From Pseudomonadota bacterium (GTDB lineage Bacteria; Oederibacteriota; Muellerivitia; Muellerivitales; Muellerivitaceae), in NCBI GenBank assembly GCA_021324075.1, contig JAJPJW010000025.1:43306-107305 (forward strand): DNA of 64,000 nt, read 5' to 3'. The position numbers and the translations under genes were made by a program. Below, piece by piece: positions 53,085-62,052 of this stretch. Numbering within the stretch: the stretch's first letter is position 1; each line of letters begins with the position of its first letter. Below the pieces are notes generated by a model that worked only from the letters and a program-made list of their open reading frames with translations, did not search any database and was not told where the DNA came from.

Positions 53085-54713
53085 TTATCCCATGTCGGCG
53101 AAAGAATAGTCCGGGCATTTGCGGGCGGTGTAGTCCTTGTCCCAACTGGTTTTGAAGAGGATGACGGGGCGGTTCAGCTTATCCTTGGTTTTCAGGACCT
53201 GCACGGGGGGATCGAAGGTATCGGGGTTTCCCACCAGCCAGGCGCTGCTGGTGTAGGGCAGTGTTTCCAGTTCCGTATCCACGCCGTACTCGCTCTTGAG
53301 GCGGTATTGCAGCACGTCAAACTGCAGGCGCCCCACGGCCGCGACGTAAAAATCCAATTCATCCCAGCTTTTGAGCATTTGCACCGTGCCCTCGGCGGTC
53401 ATCTGCTCCACCCCCTTATCGAAGCTTTTGCGCTTGGCCACGTCCTTGGGCCGCACGCGGGCGAAGATTTCGGGTTGGAAGGAGGGCAGGGGCTTGAAGT
53501 TGAAGCCGCCGGTCATGGAAAGGCTGTCCCCGATGGCGAAGACCCCGGGGTTGATGACGCCCACGATGTCGCCCGGATAGGCCACGTCCAGGGTGTTGCG
53601 GTCGGCGGCCAGCATGGTGTGGGGGCGGGAGAGGCGCAGTTCGCGGTTAAGGCGGTGGTGCCGCACCACCAGGTCTCGCTCGAAACGGCCCGAACAAACG
53701 CGCAGGAAGGCCGTGGAGTCCCGGTGCTTGGGGTTCATGTTGGCCTGCAATTTGAAGACGTAGGCGGAAAAAGGGGTTTCGACCGGGTCGATGGTGATTT
53801 CACCCGCCGGGGAATCGGCGGGCCGGGCTCCGGGCGGCGGCGCCATTTCCACGAAGGCGTCGAAGAAGGGCTCAACGCCGAAGTTGGTCAGGGCCGAGGC
53901 GAAGAAGACCGGCGTCACCTTGCCCTTGAGGAATTCGGCGTGGTCATAGGGGTTGCCCGCCACCTCCAGCAATTCCATATCCTGGTGCAGCTTTTCCCAA
54001 AGCTCTTCGGAGACATGGGTCTTCACGTTGGGATCCGATAGGGGGATCCGTTCCACGGCGGCCTTGGCCGCGCCACCCACGGAGACCTTGGTGAAGAGGA
54101 TGAGTTCCTTGGTGTGGCTAGCCTGCCCTGAAATGATTTTGGGCAGGCGTTCCACGACCCCCACGAACTCGCGGCCCGAACCCACGGGCCAGTTGACGGC
54201 GGAGGAATGGATGCCCAGCACTTCCTCCACCTCATGCATCAGGTCCAGGGGTTCCCGGCCGGGCAGGTCCATCTTGTTGATGAAGGTCATGACCGGGATG
54301 CCCCTCAGGCGGCAGACCTCGAAGAGCTTGCGGGTCTGGGTTTCCACGCCCTTGGCGGCGTCGATGACCATGATGGCGCAGTCTGCGGCGGTCAGCGTCC
54401 GGTAGGTGTCCTCCGAAAAGTCCTGGTGGCCCGGGGTGTCCAGCACGTTGATGATGGCGTTCTTGTAAGGGAACTGCATGGCCGAGGCGGTGATGGAAAT
54501 ACCGCGTTCCTGCTCCATGCCCATCCAGTCCGAGACGGCCACCTTGCCGCCCTTGCGGCCGCGCACCATGCCGGCGGTCTGGATCATGCCCGAATAAAGC
54601 AGCAGCTTCTCCGTGAGGGTGGTTTTCCCCGCGTCCGGATGGCTGATGATGGCGAAGGTGCGCCGTTTGGCCACCGCGTTCTTGATTTCGGTCATTAATT
54701 GGGGATCGGACAT
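53085..54713 (-). CDS. prfC: Peptide chain release factor 3
   Basis: VAKRRTFAIISHPDAGKTT G-domain and further GTPase motifs. ~540 aa. Start at MSDPQLMTEIKN by N-terminal length comparison; the track ORF begins 12 codons earlier. Confidence 0.85.
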   Translation of the reverse strand: MSDPQLMTEIKNAVAKRRTFAIISHPDAGKTTLTEKLLLYSGMIQTAGMVRGRKGGKVAVSDWMGMEQERGISITASAMQFPYKNAIINVLDTPGHQDFSEDTYRTLTAADCAIMVIDAAKGVETQTRKLFEVCRLRGIPVMTFINKMDLPGREPLDLMHEVEEVLGIHSSAVNWPVGSGREFVGVVERLPKIISGQASHTKELILFTKVSVGGAAKAAVERIPLSDPNVKTHVSEELWEKLHQDMELLEVAGNPYDHAEFLKGKVTPVFFASALTNFGVEPFFDAFVEMAPPPGARPADSPAGEITIDPVETPFSAYVFKLQANMNPKHRDSTAFLRVCSGRFERDLVVRHHRLNRELRLSRPHTMLAADRNTLDVAYPGDIVGVINPGVFAIGDSLSMTGGFNFKPLPSFQPEIFARVRPKDVAKRKSFDKGVEQMTAEGTVQMLKSWDELDFYVAAVGRLQFDVLQYRLKSEYGVDTELETLPYTSSAWLVGNPDTFDPPVQVLKTKDKLNRPVILFKTSWDKDYTARKCPDYSFADMG

Positions 54714-54815
54714 GGCGCGGTATCTTACCAAATTCCCCTGGAGGGACAAGCGTTCCGCCGGAGGGAAGGGGTGAGAAGGGACATCGGGTTAAGGTAAAAT
54801 GTCCCGTGTTTATAT

Positions 54816-55406
54816 TTGATAAAGGAGTCTTATCGGATGACGGAAATCCAGAAAAAATCAACGTATACGGACATGTTCCTCGGCCTCTTGTGCGGTCTTA
54901 CCTTTATGCCGGGTGTCTTCGGCATTCTTTTGCTTTTCATCGTGTTGGTTTATTTCAGCGGCTTCCAGCGACTGGTGGAATGGGACCCGACCGCCGTCAA
55001 TTATTTTGTTTTTTACCTGACCTATTCGGTCGTTGTATTTCTTTTCATCGGCGCCTTATTTATCTTCGTCAATTATTGGAGCGTCAAACGCAGGGATTCG
55101 CTGCAAAGCCGAATTGTTTTCGATGAGGAGCAGGTCGGTTATCACACCCCTAACACTGATTTAAAGGTCAAATGGGGACAGATCAAACAATGCAGGGCCT
55201 CCAAGAACCGTTTGTTTTTGATCCTGGACCGGTTCGTCATCCTCCATTTCTCACGGAAAAAACTTCCAAAAAACGAATGGGAGGAAATCCTGGAACTGGT
55301 CGGCCGTAAGACAAAAATCCGCGGATTCGGGCTTATTTTTTTGTTGTCCGGAGTTTTGGCGTTATTTTGCGTTTACGGTTGGCTCAGGATGCTGGCTTAC
55401 ATGTGA
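54816..55406 (+). CDS. YcxB-like membrane protein (hypothetical), lower-GC gene
   Basis: Two N-terminal TM helices plus a C-terminal TM helix; PH-like middle region as in YcxB-family proteins. AT-rich composition. Confidence 0.4.
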   Translation: MIKESYRMTEIQKKSTYTDMFLGLLCGLTFMPGVFGILLLFIVLVYFSGFQRLVEWDPTAVNYFVFYLTYSVVVFLFIGALFIFVNYWSVKRRDSLQSRIVFDEEQVGYHTPNTDLKVKWGQIKQCRASKNRLFLILDRFVILHFSRKKLPKNEWEEILELVGRKTKIRGFGLIFLLSGVLALFCVYGWLRMLAYM

Positions 55407-55407
55407 T

Positions 55408-55442
55408 GAAATAAAAAAGCCCCCGGGGTTGACCCCAGGGGC
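55408..55442 (-). terminator. Rho-independent terminator for the small secreted-protein gene (minus strand)
   Basis: Minus strand reads AGCCCCTGGGGTCAACCCCGGGGGC followed by TTTTTTATTT. Confidence 0.5.
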
Positions 55443-55461
55443 TTGAACAACAACGGCTTGA

Positions 55462-55665
55462 TTACTTCGTGGTGGCAGGAGCCGCAGCAGGAGCCGGGGC
55501 GGTGGTGTCAGCGCCCTTCTTGTTCTTCTTGCCGCCCTTGTGGCCCTTCTTGTGGGTCTTGTGGACCTTGGTCGTATCCGTGGAACCCCCGCCCGCTTGG
55601 GCGAAGACCATTCCGGTCGAACCGAGGAACAATACGGCCATCAACGCAACCATTAACTTTTTCAT
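55462..55665 (-). CDS. Small secreted Lys/His-rich basic peptide (67 aa)
   Basis: Signal peptide MKKLMVALMAVLFLGSTGMVFA. Mature part KVHKTHKKGHKGGKKNKKG...APAPAAAPATTK. GGAG RBS. Terminator downstream. Confidence 0.45.
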   Translation of the reverse strand: MKKLMVALMAVLFLGSTGMVFAQAGGGSTDTTKVHKTHKKGHKGGKKNKKGADTTAPAPAAAPATTK

Positions 55666-55851
55666 GGTTTTCAAACCTTTCTCCAATGGAATTAGCCTTT
55701 TAAGGGGCCGCTTATAAGACGGACGGGGTCGCGGAAAAGTTCACGGAAAAAAGCCGGGTTTTCCCAATAAAAAGCCCGGGACCCCAGGCCCCGAAGCTTG
55801 ATAGCCCCCCTTTGGCTCATTAAACTGTGCCGGTTTTGATGAAAGGGCCTT

Positions 55852-56514
55852 ATGAAAAACCCGCGTGAAATTCCGAAAGAAATCGCTATTTTCCTCCGGC
55901 AATGCTGGTTCCTGGTATTGCTGCTGGCCGCGGCCCTGGCGGCCTATCCCCTGGCGCGGGAGAGCCAGTTCTGGGTCTGGGTGAGCCTCTCCTATGTGAC
56001 CTCCTTCATTTTTTACGTCCTGACGATCTACCTGCCCGACCGAAAGAACCGGAAGAACATCCACCGGGTATTGGTACCCTACCTGCAAAAGGTGGTCAAC
56101 GACGCCCGCAGCGTTTCCTATTCCTTCCTGGCGGCCTCCGAAACCCACGCGGACGTGAAGCATCTGACGGCCAACGACTTCCACGAAATCTTCAAACGCA
56201 TCAAGCCCTCCGACCGGTCCACCCGGCTGGACTTCCTGGGTTTCGTCAACTGGCAGGACTACCTGGTCCAGCAAAAGGGCCAGGTGGTGCGCAGCCTGGA
56301 GAGGATACTCACTTACGAGCATTACCTGGAGACGGAATTCATCCTGCAGATCGAGGCCCTGCAAAATTGCGGCCTGTTCGAGATCGTGGATTACATGGAG
56401 AAGAAACCGGTGGAACACGAGGATTTTGCCTTCCTGTCCTCGGCCTATTACGAGTGCTACCTGCTGGTGCGCCAACTGGAAACCTACCTGGAAAAGTACA
56501 TGGCCGACAGCTGA
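55852..56514 (+). CDS. Membrane protein, hypothetical (220 aa)
   Basis: Three N-terminal TM helices and a soluble C-terminal helical domain. No recognisable motif. Confidence 0.4.
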   Translation: MKNPREIPKEIAIFLRQCWFLVLLLAAALAAYPLARESQFWVWVSLSYVTSFIFYVLTIYLPDRKNRKNIHRVLVPYLQKVVNDARSVSYSFLAASETHADVKHLTANDFHEIFKRIKPSDRSTRLDFLGFVNWQDYLVQQKGQVVRSLERILTYEHYLETEFILQIEALQNCGLFEIVDYMEKKPVEHEDFAFLSSAYYECYLLVRQLETYLEKYMADS

Positions 56515-56600
56515 GAAAGGCCTTGCAACCCCTCCCCCTTGGGCTAAAGTAACCCCATTCCAATTCCGGTAAACCATGCGGTGTTTCACACGGGGAGATT

Positions 56601-57383
56601 ATGAAGAAGCGGATGTTCCTGGCTTTGATCCTCGCCTTACCCCTCGCGGCCCACGCGTCTACCGACGCGAAAACCATTGAGTTCATGAAAAAACTGAACT
56701 TGTATTACTATTGCCTGCAGCGGGAAGGGCTTCGGAATTTCACCTGCGATGTCGCCTTCAAATTCCCGCCAAGTTTCAAAAACAACACGGTCATCCAAAA
56801 AAGAGGCCCGGAATGGCTCGCGACGATGGAAAAACTGCGGTGCAAGGCTTCCCTTTCCGATGATGGAACTCTTAGCGTGACCCTTTTACCACCGCCGGCC
56901 ACGGGCGACTCGGCTACGGACCAGGCCGTCCTCTCCTCCGCCGAATCTTTCCGGAAAATGGCCTTGGATGCCACCACCAGCTGGCAGGAAGCGGTGGTCA
57001 AGACGCTCTATGACGAGCGGGACTACTCGGGTGATTGCAAAGTCCAAAACACGGCCGACGGGTTCACGGTGGAAGTTAAAAAAACGGATAGCGACCTCAC
57101 CGGAAGTTTCACCCCGCAAGCGGAAGAAACATCGTCATCCGGAACCCTCGGGGAGATCCCGGTAAAAAGCAGGAACCGTTACCAAAGTGGTCCCAAAGGT
57201 TTTATTTTCATAGGGACGGAGGGTGAATATGGAAACGCCCACCTCAAGGTTGACATCGAAAACCAAAAAGTCGGGGAGTTCCTCATGCCACAGGAAATTC
57301 GGTTTGCTATGTCCGGCATAAGGGCCATTGGAGGGGGACTGGAGATTGACCTTGAGTTTTCGAATTACCTGGTGAACCAATAG
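56601..57383 (+). CDS. Secreted hypothetical protein (260 aa)
   Basis: Signal peptide MKKRMFLALILALPLAAHA. GGGGAG RBS. Confidence 0.45.
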   Translation: MKKRMFLALILALPLAAHASTDAKTIEFMKKLNLYYYCLQREGLRNFTCDVAFKFPPSFKNNTVIQKRGPEWLATMEKLRCKASLSDDGTLSVTLLPPPATGDSATDQAVLSSAESFRKMALDATTSWQEAVVKTLYDERDYSGDCKVQNTADGFTVEVKKTDSDLTGSFTPQAEETSSSGTLGEIPVKSRNRYQSGPKGFIFIGTEGEYGNAHLKVDIENQKVGEFLMPQEIRFAMSGIRAIGGGLEIDLEFSNYLVNQ

Positions 57384-57440
57384 GAAAAGGTCCGCCATAA
57401 GACGGGCCTTGGGTGAAAGAAATTTACAAAAGGATTTTCA

Positions 57441-58529
57441 ATGAGAGACACTTTTTGCCTGAAGTGGGACCAGGAACACGGCGCCAAGCTGGTGGATTTC
57501 CACGGCTGGAACATGCCGGTCTCCTACGCCAAGGGCATCCTGGCCGAGCACGAGGCCACCCGCAATAGCGCGGGGCTTTTCAACATCACCCACATGGGAA
57601 GGCTGCGCATCAGCGGCCCCCAGGCCTATAAATTTTCCCAATACGCCTTCACCAACGACCTCTCCAAGGTCAACATCGGCAGCGCCCTCTACGGGTTCCT
57701 CCTCAACGACAAGGGCGGCATCATCGACGACGTCATCATCTATAAAGAGGCCAACGACCGGTTTTTGTGGATCATCAACGCGGGCGGCCGGGAAACGGAC
57801 GTGGACCACTTGAAGCGCCTGTCGGCGGGCAAGGACCTGAAGCTCGACAACCTTTCGGATGAGACCGCCCTGCTGGCCCTGCAAGGGCCCAAGGCCGACG
57901 CGGTGCTGAAGCGGCTGGTGAAGGACGTGGACCTGGACAAGGTGCCCTATTTCGGCTTCGGCCGGGGGACGATCAACGGCAAGGCCGCTTTCCTCATGGC
58001 GACGGGCTATACGGGCGAGGACGGTTACGAGCTCATGGTGGACGTGAAGGATGCGCCGATGGTTTGGGAAGTTTTAGCGGCCCAGCCCGAAGTGACCGCC
58101 TGCGGCCTGGGCGCGCGGGACTCCCTGCGCCTGGAGGCGGGCCTGCCCCTGCACGGCAACGACATCGACGACAAAACCCAGCCTTACGAAGCAGGCCTGG
58201 GTTGGGCGGTCAAACTGGACAAGGAAGGCGGTTTCTTTGGGAAGGAAGCCTTGAACAAGACTCCCTCGCGCAAGCTCATTGGCCTGACCTTAGAGGGCCA
58301 GAACATCCCCCGAGCCCACTACAAAGTGGTTGAATCCTGCGGCAAAGAGGCCGGGGAAGTGACCAGCGGCGTCTTCTCGCCCACGCTCAAAAAGGGCATC
58401 GCCCTCGCCTATGTGAAAGCCGAGTCACTGGGCCAGCCCTTGGCGGTGGATATCCGTGGCAAAGGCGTCCCCGCCGCCGTCACCAAGCTGCCCTGGGTTC
58501 GGCACGTCACCAAAGCCAAGGCGAAATAG
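57441..58529 (+). CDS. gcvT: Glycine cleavage system aminomethyltransferase (T protein)
   Basis: N-terminal ...DFHGWNMPVSYA..., GLFNITHMGRLRISG, and the C-terminal barrel domain. Confidence 0.85.
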   Translation: MRDTFCLKWDQEHGAKLVDFHGWNMPVSYAKGILAEHEATRNSAGLFNITHMGRLRISGPQAYKFSQYAFTNDLSKVNIGSALYGFLLNDKGGIIDDVIIYKEANDRFLWIINAGGRETDVDHLKRLSAGKDLKLDNLSDETALLALQGPKADAVLKRLVKDVDLDKVPYFGFGRGTINGKAAFLMATGYTGEDGYELMVDVKDAPMVWEVLAAQPEVTACGLGARDSLRLEAGLPLHGNDIDDKTQPYEAGLGWAVKLDKEGGFFGKEALNKTPSRKLIGLTLEGQNIPRAHYKVVESCGKEAGEVTSGVFSPTLKKGIALAYVKAESLGQPLAVDIRGKGVPAAVTKLPWVRHVTKAKAK

Positions 58530-58540
58530 GGGGTCGAACC

Positions 58541-58897
58541 ATGGCAGCCAAGAAAAAAATCGCATCCAAGGCGAATTCCCAACCCAATGAGTTGGATTCG
58601 TTTCTGGCCGGGTTGGTCGGGAAGTTGCCCAAAGTCACGGTGGGCCAGAAGTTCGGCCATGTGAACTTCACGGTGGGGAAGAAGGTCTTCGCCTTCAGCC
58701 GGCCCGACGGGGTGGCGATGAAACTACCCCTGGCCACTGTGGATGCCCTGGTCCTCCAGAAGAAAGCCGCCCGGCTGGTCATGGGCCAGAAGGTCATGAA
58801 GGAATGGGTGGTCCTCAAGCACCCCAAACCCGCCGATTACCGGGGCGACCTGGGGCTTTTCAAGGAATCCGCAAAGTTTGTCGCAGGGGGCAAATGA
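58541..58897 (+). CDS. Hypothetical protein, possibly MmcQ/YjbR-like
   Basis: 118 aa. GHVNFTVGKKVFAF...VAMKLP resembles the YjbR core; unverified. Confidence 0.35.
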   Translation: MAAKKKIASKANSQPNELDSFLAGLVGKLPKVTVGQKFGHVNFTVGKKVFAFSRPDGVAMKLPLATVDALVLQKKAARLVMGQKVMKEWVVLKHPKPADYRGDLGLFKESAKFVAGGK

Positions 58898-59301
58898 AAG
58901 GGTTAAGAAAAACGGCCTGGGCGCTCCTCTTGGTTTGTCTGGGGACAACAGCCTGCGCCCCGAAATCCCAGGTCCAATCCCAGCCAGCCCTTGTCGAAGA
59001 CGACCTTTATTTCGGCCTCTCCACTTCCAACGGCCCTGTGACAAGGGCCCAATGGGAGGGCTTTCTCAATGAGCAAGTGACGCCCCGTTTTCCGGACGGG
59101 CTGACGGTTTTAGATGCCAAGGGACAGTGGAAGAACGCCCAAGGGAACATCGGCAAGGAACCCACTAAGGTCCTCATCCTTATCCACCCGGATAATCCAG
59201 GCGCGGACAAGGCTGTCCAAACCCTCATCGATATCTACAAAAAGGAATTTCATCAGGAATCGGTGATGAAAGTGAGAAGTCGGCCGCAAGTTTCTTTTTA
59301 A
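58894..59301 (+). CDS. Lipoprotein, hypothetical (135 aa)
   Basis: Lipobox LGTTAC after a signal peptide. ATGA overlap with the upstream gene. The track ORF's longer N-terminus is rejected. Confidence 0.5.
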   Translation: MKGLRKTAWALLLVCLGTTACAPKSQVQSQPALVEDDLYFGLSTSNGPVTRAQWEGFLNEQVTPRFPDGLTVLDAKGQWKNAQGNIGKEPTKVLILIHPDNPGADKAVQTLIDIYKKEFHQESVMKVRSRPQVSF

Positions 59302-59312
59302 CTCATTTGAAA

Positions 59313-59660
59313 TCAAGCCAAGACTTTTTCCCGCTCCCGAGCGGCTCTTTTTTTTGTTCTTGGCGCTGGTTCGGGTTGAAGGAAGATGAATTGCGGGGCA
59401 TGGTTCCCAACTTTGACTTTGGATTTCTTCGGGGAATTTTGACGTTTCCATTCGAGCCAAAACACCCAAACTTCAAAAACCAGGAAGAGGGGTGGAACAA
59501 CAAGCACCCAATGGTTGGGGTATAGAAACTCTCTGGGTACGGGGGCGATGGGGCTTGCCGATCCGGCCGAGGCAGGCCCCAGACCGGTCAACATCAAAGT
59601 ACAAAGCAGCAACAAAAGTCCACTGCCGATAAACCATAACCTGAAAAATAATTTTTCCAT
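59313..59660 (-). CDS. Small membrane protein, hypothetical (low GC)
   Basis: Two TM helices and a basic C-terminus. AT-rich. Weak support. Confidence 0.3.
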   Translation of the reverse strand: MEKLFFRLWFIGSGLLLLLCTLMLTGLGPASAGSASPIAPVPREFLYPNHWVLVVPPLFLVFEVWVFWLEWKRQNSPKKSKVKVGNHAPQFIFLQPEPAPRTKKRAAREREKVLA

Positions 59661-59882
59661 GCCGGCACCTCCACCGTTTCTTTGGTGAGTCCTTGAGGAT
59701 TAAAATTATGGGAACGGCTCCGAAGAAATAGAAAGCCTGGGAAGGAAGATTTTCGTTAAGCGTTTTATGTAAAACTGATTTTAGCTTTGGAAAATGCCCC
59801 CAAAGAAAAAATTAAACGATTGTTCGATGAAATTGTTTTATGCCGCGATGGTTTTGGCAGACGCTCTACATCAGTAAGGGTG

Positions 59883-60320
59883 TTAGCCCGCCTTTTCGGA
59901 CTGATCCACTTCCAGCCAGGCCATGGCCTTTTCCAAATCCGTGAAGGTCCTTACCGGCAATCCGTTGTTGACGGCCACGGTTTCCTCGAAGCGGTTGGGG
60001 TCCACCAGGGGATGGCGGCCCAGCACCGCGAAGCGGCAGGGAGGGATGCGGTGGGACAGCCGGAGTTTCAGGAACTTCACGGCGAACTGGGTGGACATGT
60101 AAAAGCGGCTCATGGTGGAGGGGTTGCCGGAAAGTTCCAGGAAGTCGAAGAGGATCTTGGAAGCCTGGTGTTTTTCACAAAGGGCCAGGAGGCGGTCGGA
60201 GGTTTCGCCGATGAGGTTGTCCGCCCATTGGCCTTCCACGCTGATCTTGAGATAGTTGGCCTGGAGATCGTCTTTGATTAAATAACCCATAACATTCTTC
60301 CTGCCCGCCCATTTGGGCAA
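59883..60320 (-). CDS. Hypothetical protein (STAS-like fold?), ~135-145 aa
   Basis: Coding-like. The internal Met MGYLIKDD at 60290 is an alternative start. The antisense ORF 59787..60281 looks like a shadow ORF. Confidence 0.4.
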   Translation of the reverse strand: MPKWAGRKNVMGYLIKDDLQANYLKISVEGQWADNLIGETSDRLLALCEKHQASKILFDFLELSGNPSTMSRFYMSTQFAVKFLKLRLSHRIPPCRFAVLGRHPLVDPNRFEETVAVNNGLPVRTFTDLEKAMAWLEVDQSEKAG

Positions 60321-60370
60321 AACTCCCAGGAATTATTTTCTCGCCAAGGGCATGGATTGGCAATCACCGG

Positions 60371-61087
60371 TCACGACTCACCCAGGTAATCCGGGACGAT
60401 GGATTCCTCCACCACTTTTCCCTTTTGAAGGCCGACTTTATAGGCACGGGCCTGGGGCCGGGAGGAGATAAAACGGGCGATTTTACCGTCGATGTAATGA
60501 ATCGCCACGCCGTCATCGGCGGCATGGCCCGGCTTGATCTTCTTTTGGGCGATCATCCGGTGGTAGGAAGGCCGCCGGTCCTTCTCGCTGTCGTAGTGGG
60601 GACAATTGCTTCCCTTCAAGAAACCCAGGCACTTGAGCGGCATCAGGGGGCTGGTCCAAGAATCGGTCACGCCCTCCTCGAACCAACAAATGGAACCCGC
60701 GCTGGGGCCGCAAAGCAGGATGCCCTTCTGGTAAGCCTTTTTCATGATTTTATCCAGGCCCCAAAGTTCCCAAAGGGCCAGGAGATTCCGGGTGTTTCCG
60801 CCGCCAACGTAAATAACGTCATTGCATAAAAGATATTTCTCCAGGCTGCCCACGGGCGGCTTGAAAAGCGCCAGGTGGGAAGGGACGCAATCCAGTTTTT
60901 TGAAGGCGGAGTTGAGCATCCGCAGGTACCATTCGGCGTCGCCGCTGGCGGTGGGAACGAAGCAAACCTTCGGTTTTTTCTTGCCCGATTGCCGCAGGAT
61001 ATAGTTTTCCAACAGCAGGTTTTCCTTTGTCGAGAACCCACCCCCGCCGATGCAGATGATTTGTTTTTTCGCTTTGCGTTGATCCAT
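60371..61087 (-). CDS. Peptidase S51 family (peptidase E/cyanophycinase-like, class I glutamine-amidotransferase-like fold)
   Basis: GGGGFS...YVGGGNT...LLCGPSAGSI matches the S51 Ser-nucleophile motif. Confidence 0.6.
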   Translation of the reverse strand: MDQRKAKKQIICIGGGGFSTKENLLLENYILRQSGKKKPKVCFVPTASGDAEWYLRMLNSAFKKLDCVPSHLALFKPPVGSLEKYLLCNDVIYVGGGNTRNLLALWELWGLDKIMKKAYQKGILLCGPSAGSICWFEEGVTDSWTSPLMPLKCLGFLKGSNCPHYDSEKDRRPSYHRMIAQKKIKPGHAADDGVAIHYIDGKIARFISSRPQARAYKVGLQKGKVVEESIVPDYLGES

Positions 61088-61102
61088 TATTTGCCTTTCG
61101 GA

Positions 61103-62014
61103 TTAAACGATTTTGCCCGTCAGCCGGAAGACTTCCTGAAGGGAGGGCGGATATTGGGCCGCCGGGAATTTCCGGCAGACGCAGGCGGCCAGGCCCGCGG
61201 CGAAGCGAACGCTTTTGGCATCGTCCCATCCGCGCCAAAGGCCATAAACCATGCCGGCCCGGAAGCTGTCGCCGGCCCCCAGGGTCCCCGAGACCTTCAC
61301 CTTGTACGGTGTGAACCGCCGGAGGGGTTGTCCCCGCCGGGCGTACCAGAGGGGTTTGGAGCCGAAGGTGAAGACCGTCAGACCCTTGGAGGCCGCGGTG
61401 TAACGAGCCAGGAGATCCCGGGGGTCCTTTCCCGGATAGCGCCGTTTGAGGAAGAACTGGGATAGCACGTTGACGGCCGAAAGGCGGTGGCAATCCGAAT
61501 CATAAGGGCAGTCCTGCGTGACGTAGGGAACGGCAGTCGCATGGCAAAGCCGCGCGGCTTGCCGGGACTGGGTCTTGAAATAGGAATCCACGGCGGCCAC
61601 ACGGGCCCGACGGATGGCGGCCTTATCCGGTACGGACCATTTCCGCCCGCCCTTCCGGGAATAGCGCAGGATGAACTGGCCGAATACGGTGCGGTGTTCG
61701 CCGTCCACCAGGATGACGTCCTTCCAACCCTCGAAAGAAGGATCGGCCCTCATCCCGGACGGGTCCACGCCCCACTTCCGGAAGTAACGCAAAAGGGGTT
61801 CCCGGGTCCGGGTTCCCAACCAAGCGCCCTCGGGCCGGACACGCAGGCCCAAGCGGGCCAGGAGGATCGAGGCATTACCGGTCTCCCCGCCGGGAACGGT
61901 CAGGGACCAGTCGATTTCCTGGTAGGAATCGGCCTTAGGATAGGGGCCTTTCAACCGGTGGATGGTGGAAAGCAATGTCATGCCGTAGAGATAAACGTCG
62001 AGTTTTGGAGCCAT
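61103..62014 (-). CDS. PfkB-family carbohydrate/nucleoside kinase
   Basis: C-terminal signature VSGTLGAGDSFRAG (DTxGAGD). Ribokinase-like length from the internal Met MAPKLDVY; the track ORF's 70-aa Arg-rich extension is rejected. Confidence 0.65.
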   Translation of the reverse strand: MAPKLDVYLYGMTLLSTIHRLKGPYPKADSYQEIDWSLTVPGGETGNASILLARLGLRVRPEGAWLGTRTREPLLRYFRKWGVDPSGMRADPSFEGWKDVILVDGEHRTVFGQFILRYSRKGGRKWSVPDKAAIRRARVAAVDSYFKTQSRQAARLCHATAVPYVTQDCPYDSDCHRLSAVNVLSQFFLKRRYPGKDPRDLLARYTAASKGLTVFTFGSKPLWYARRGQPLRRFTPYKVKVSGTLGAGDSFRAGMVYGLWRGWDDAKSVRFAAGLAACVCRKFPAAQYPPSLQEVFRLTGKIV

Positions 62015-62052
62015 TTTTTCCAACCTTCGTTTGGGAGGTCTTCGGGTGATTC

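Noticed and set aside
53085-54749. Programmed frameshift in the release-factor gene
   Set aside because: The gene is prfC (RF3, a GTPase), not prfB. The ORF is continuous with no frameshift signal.
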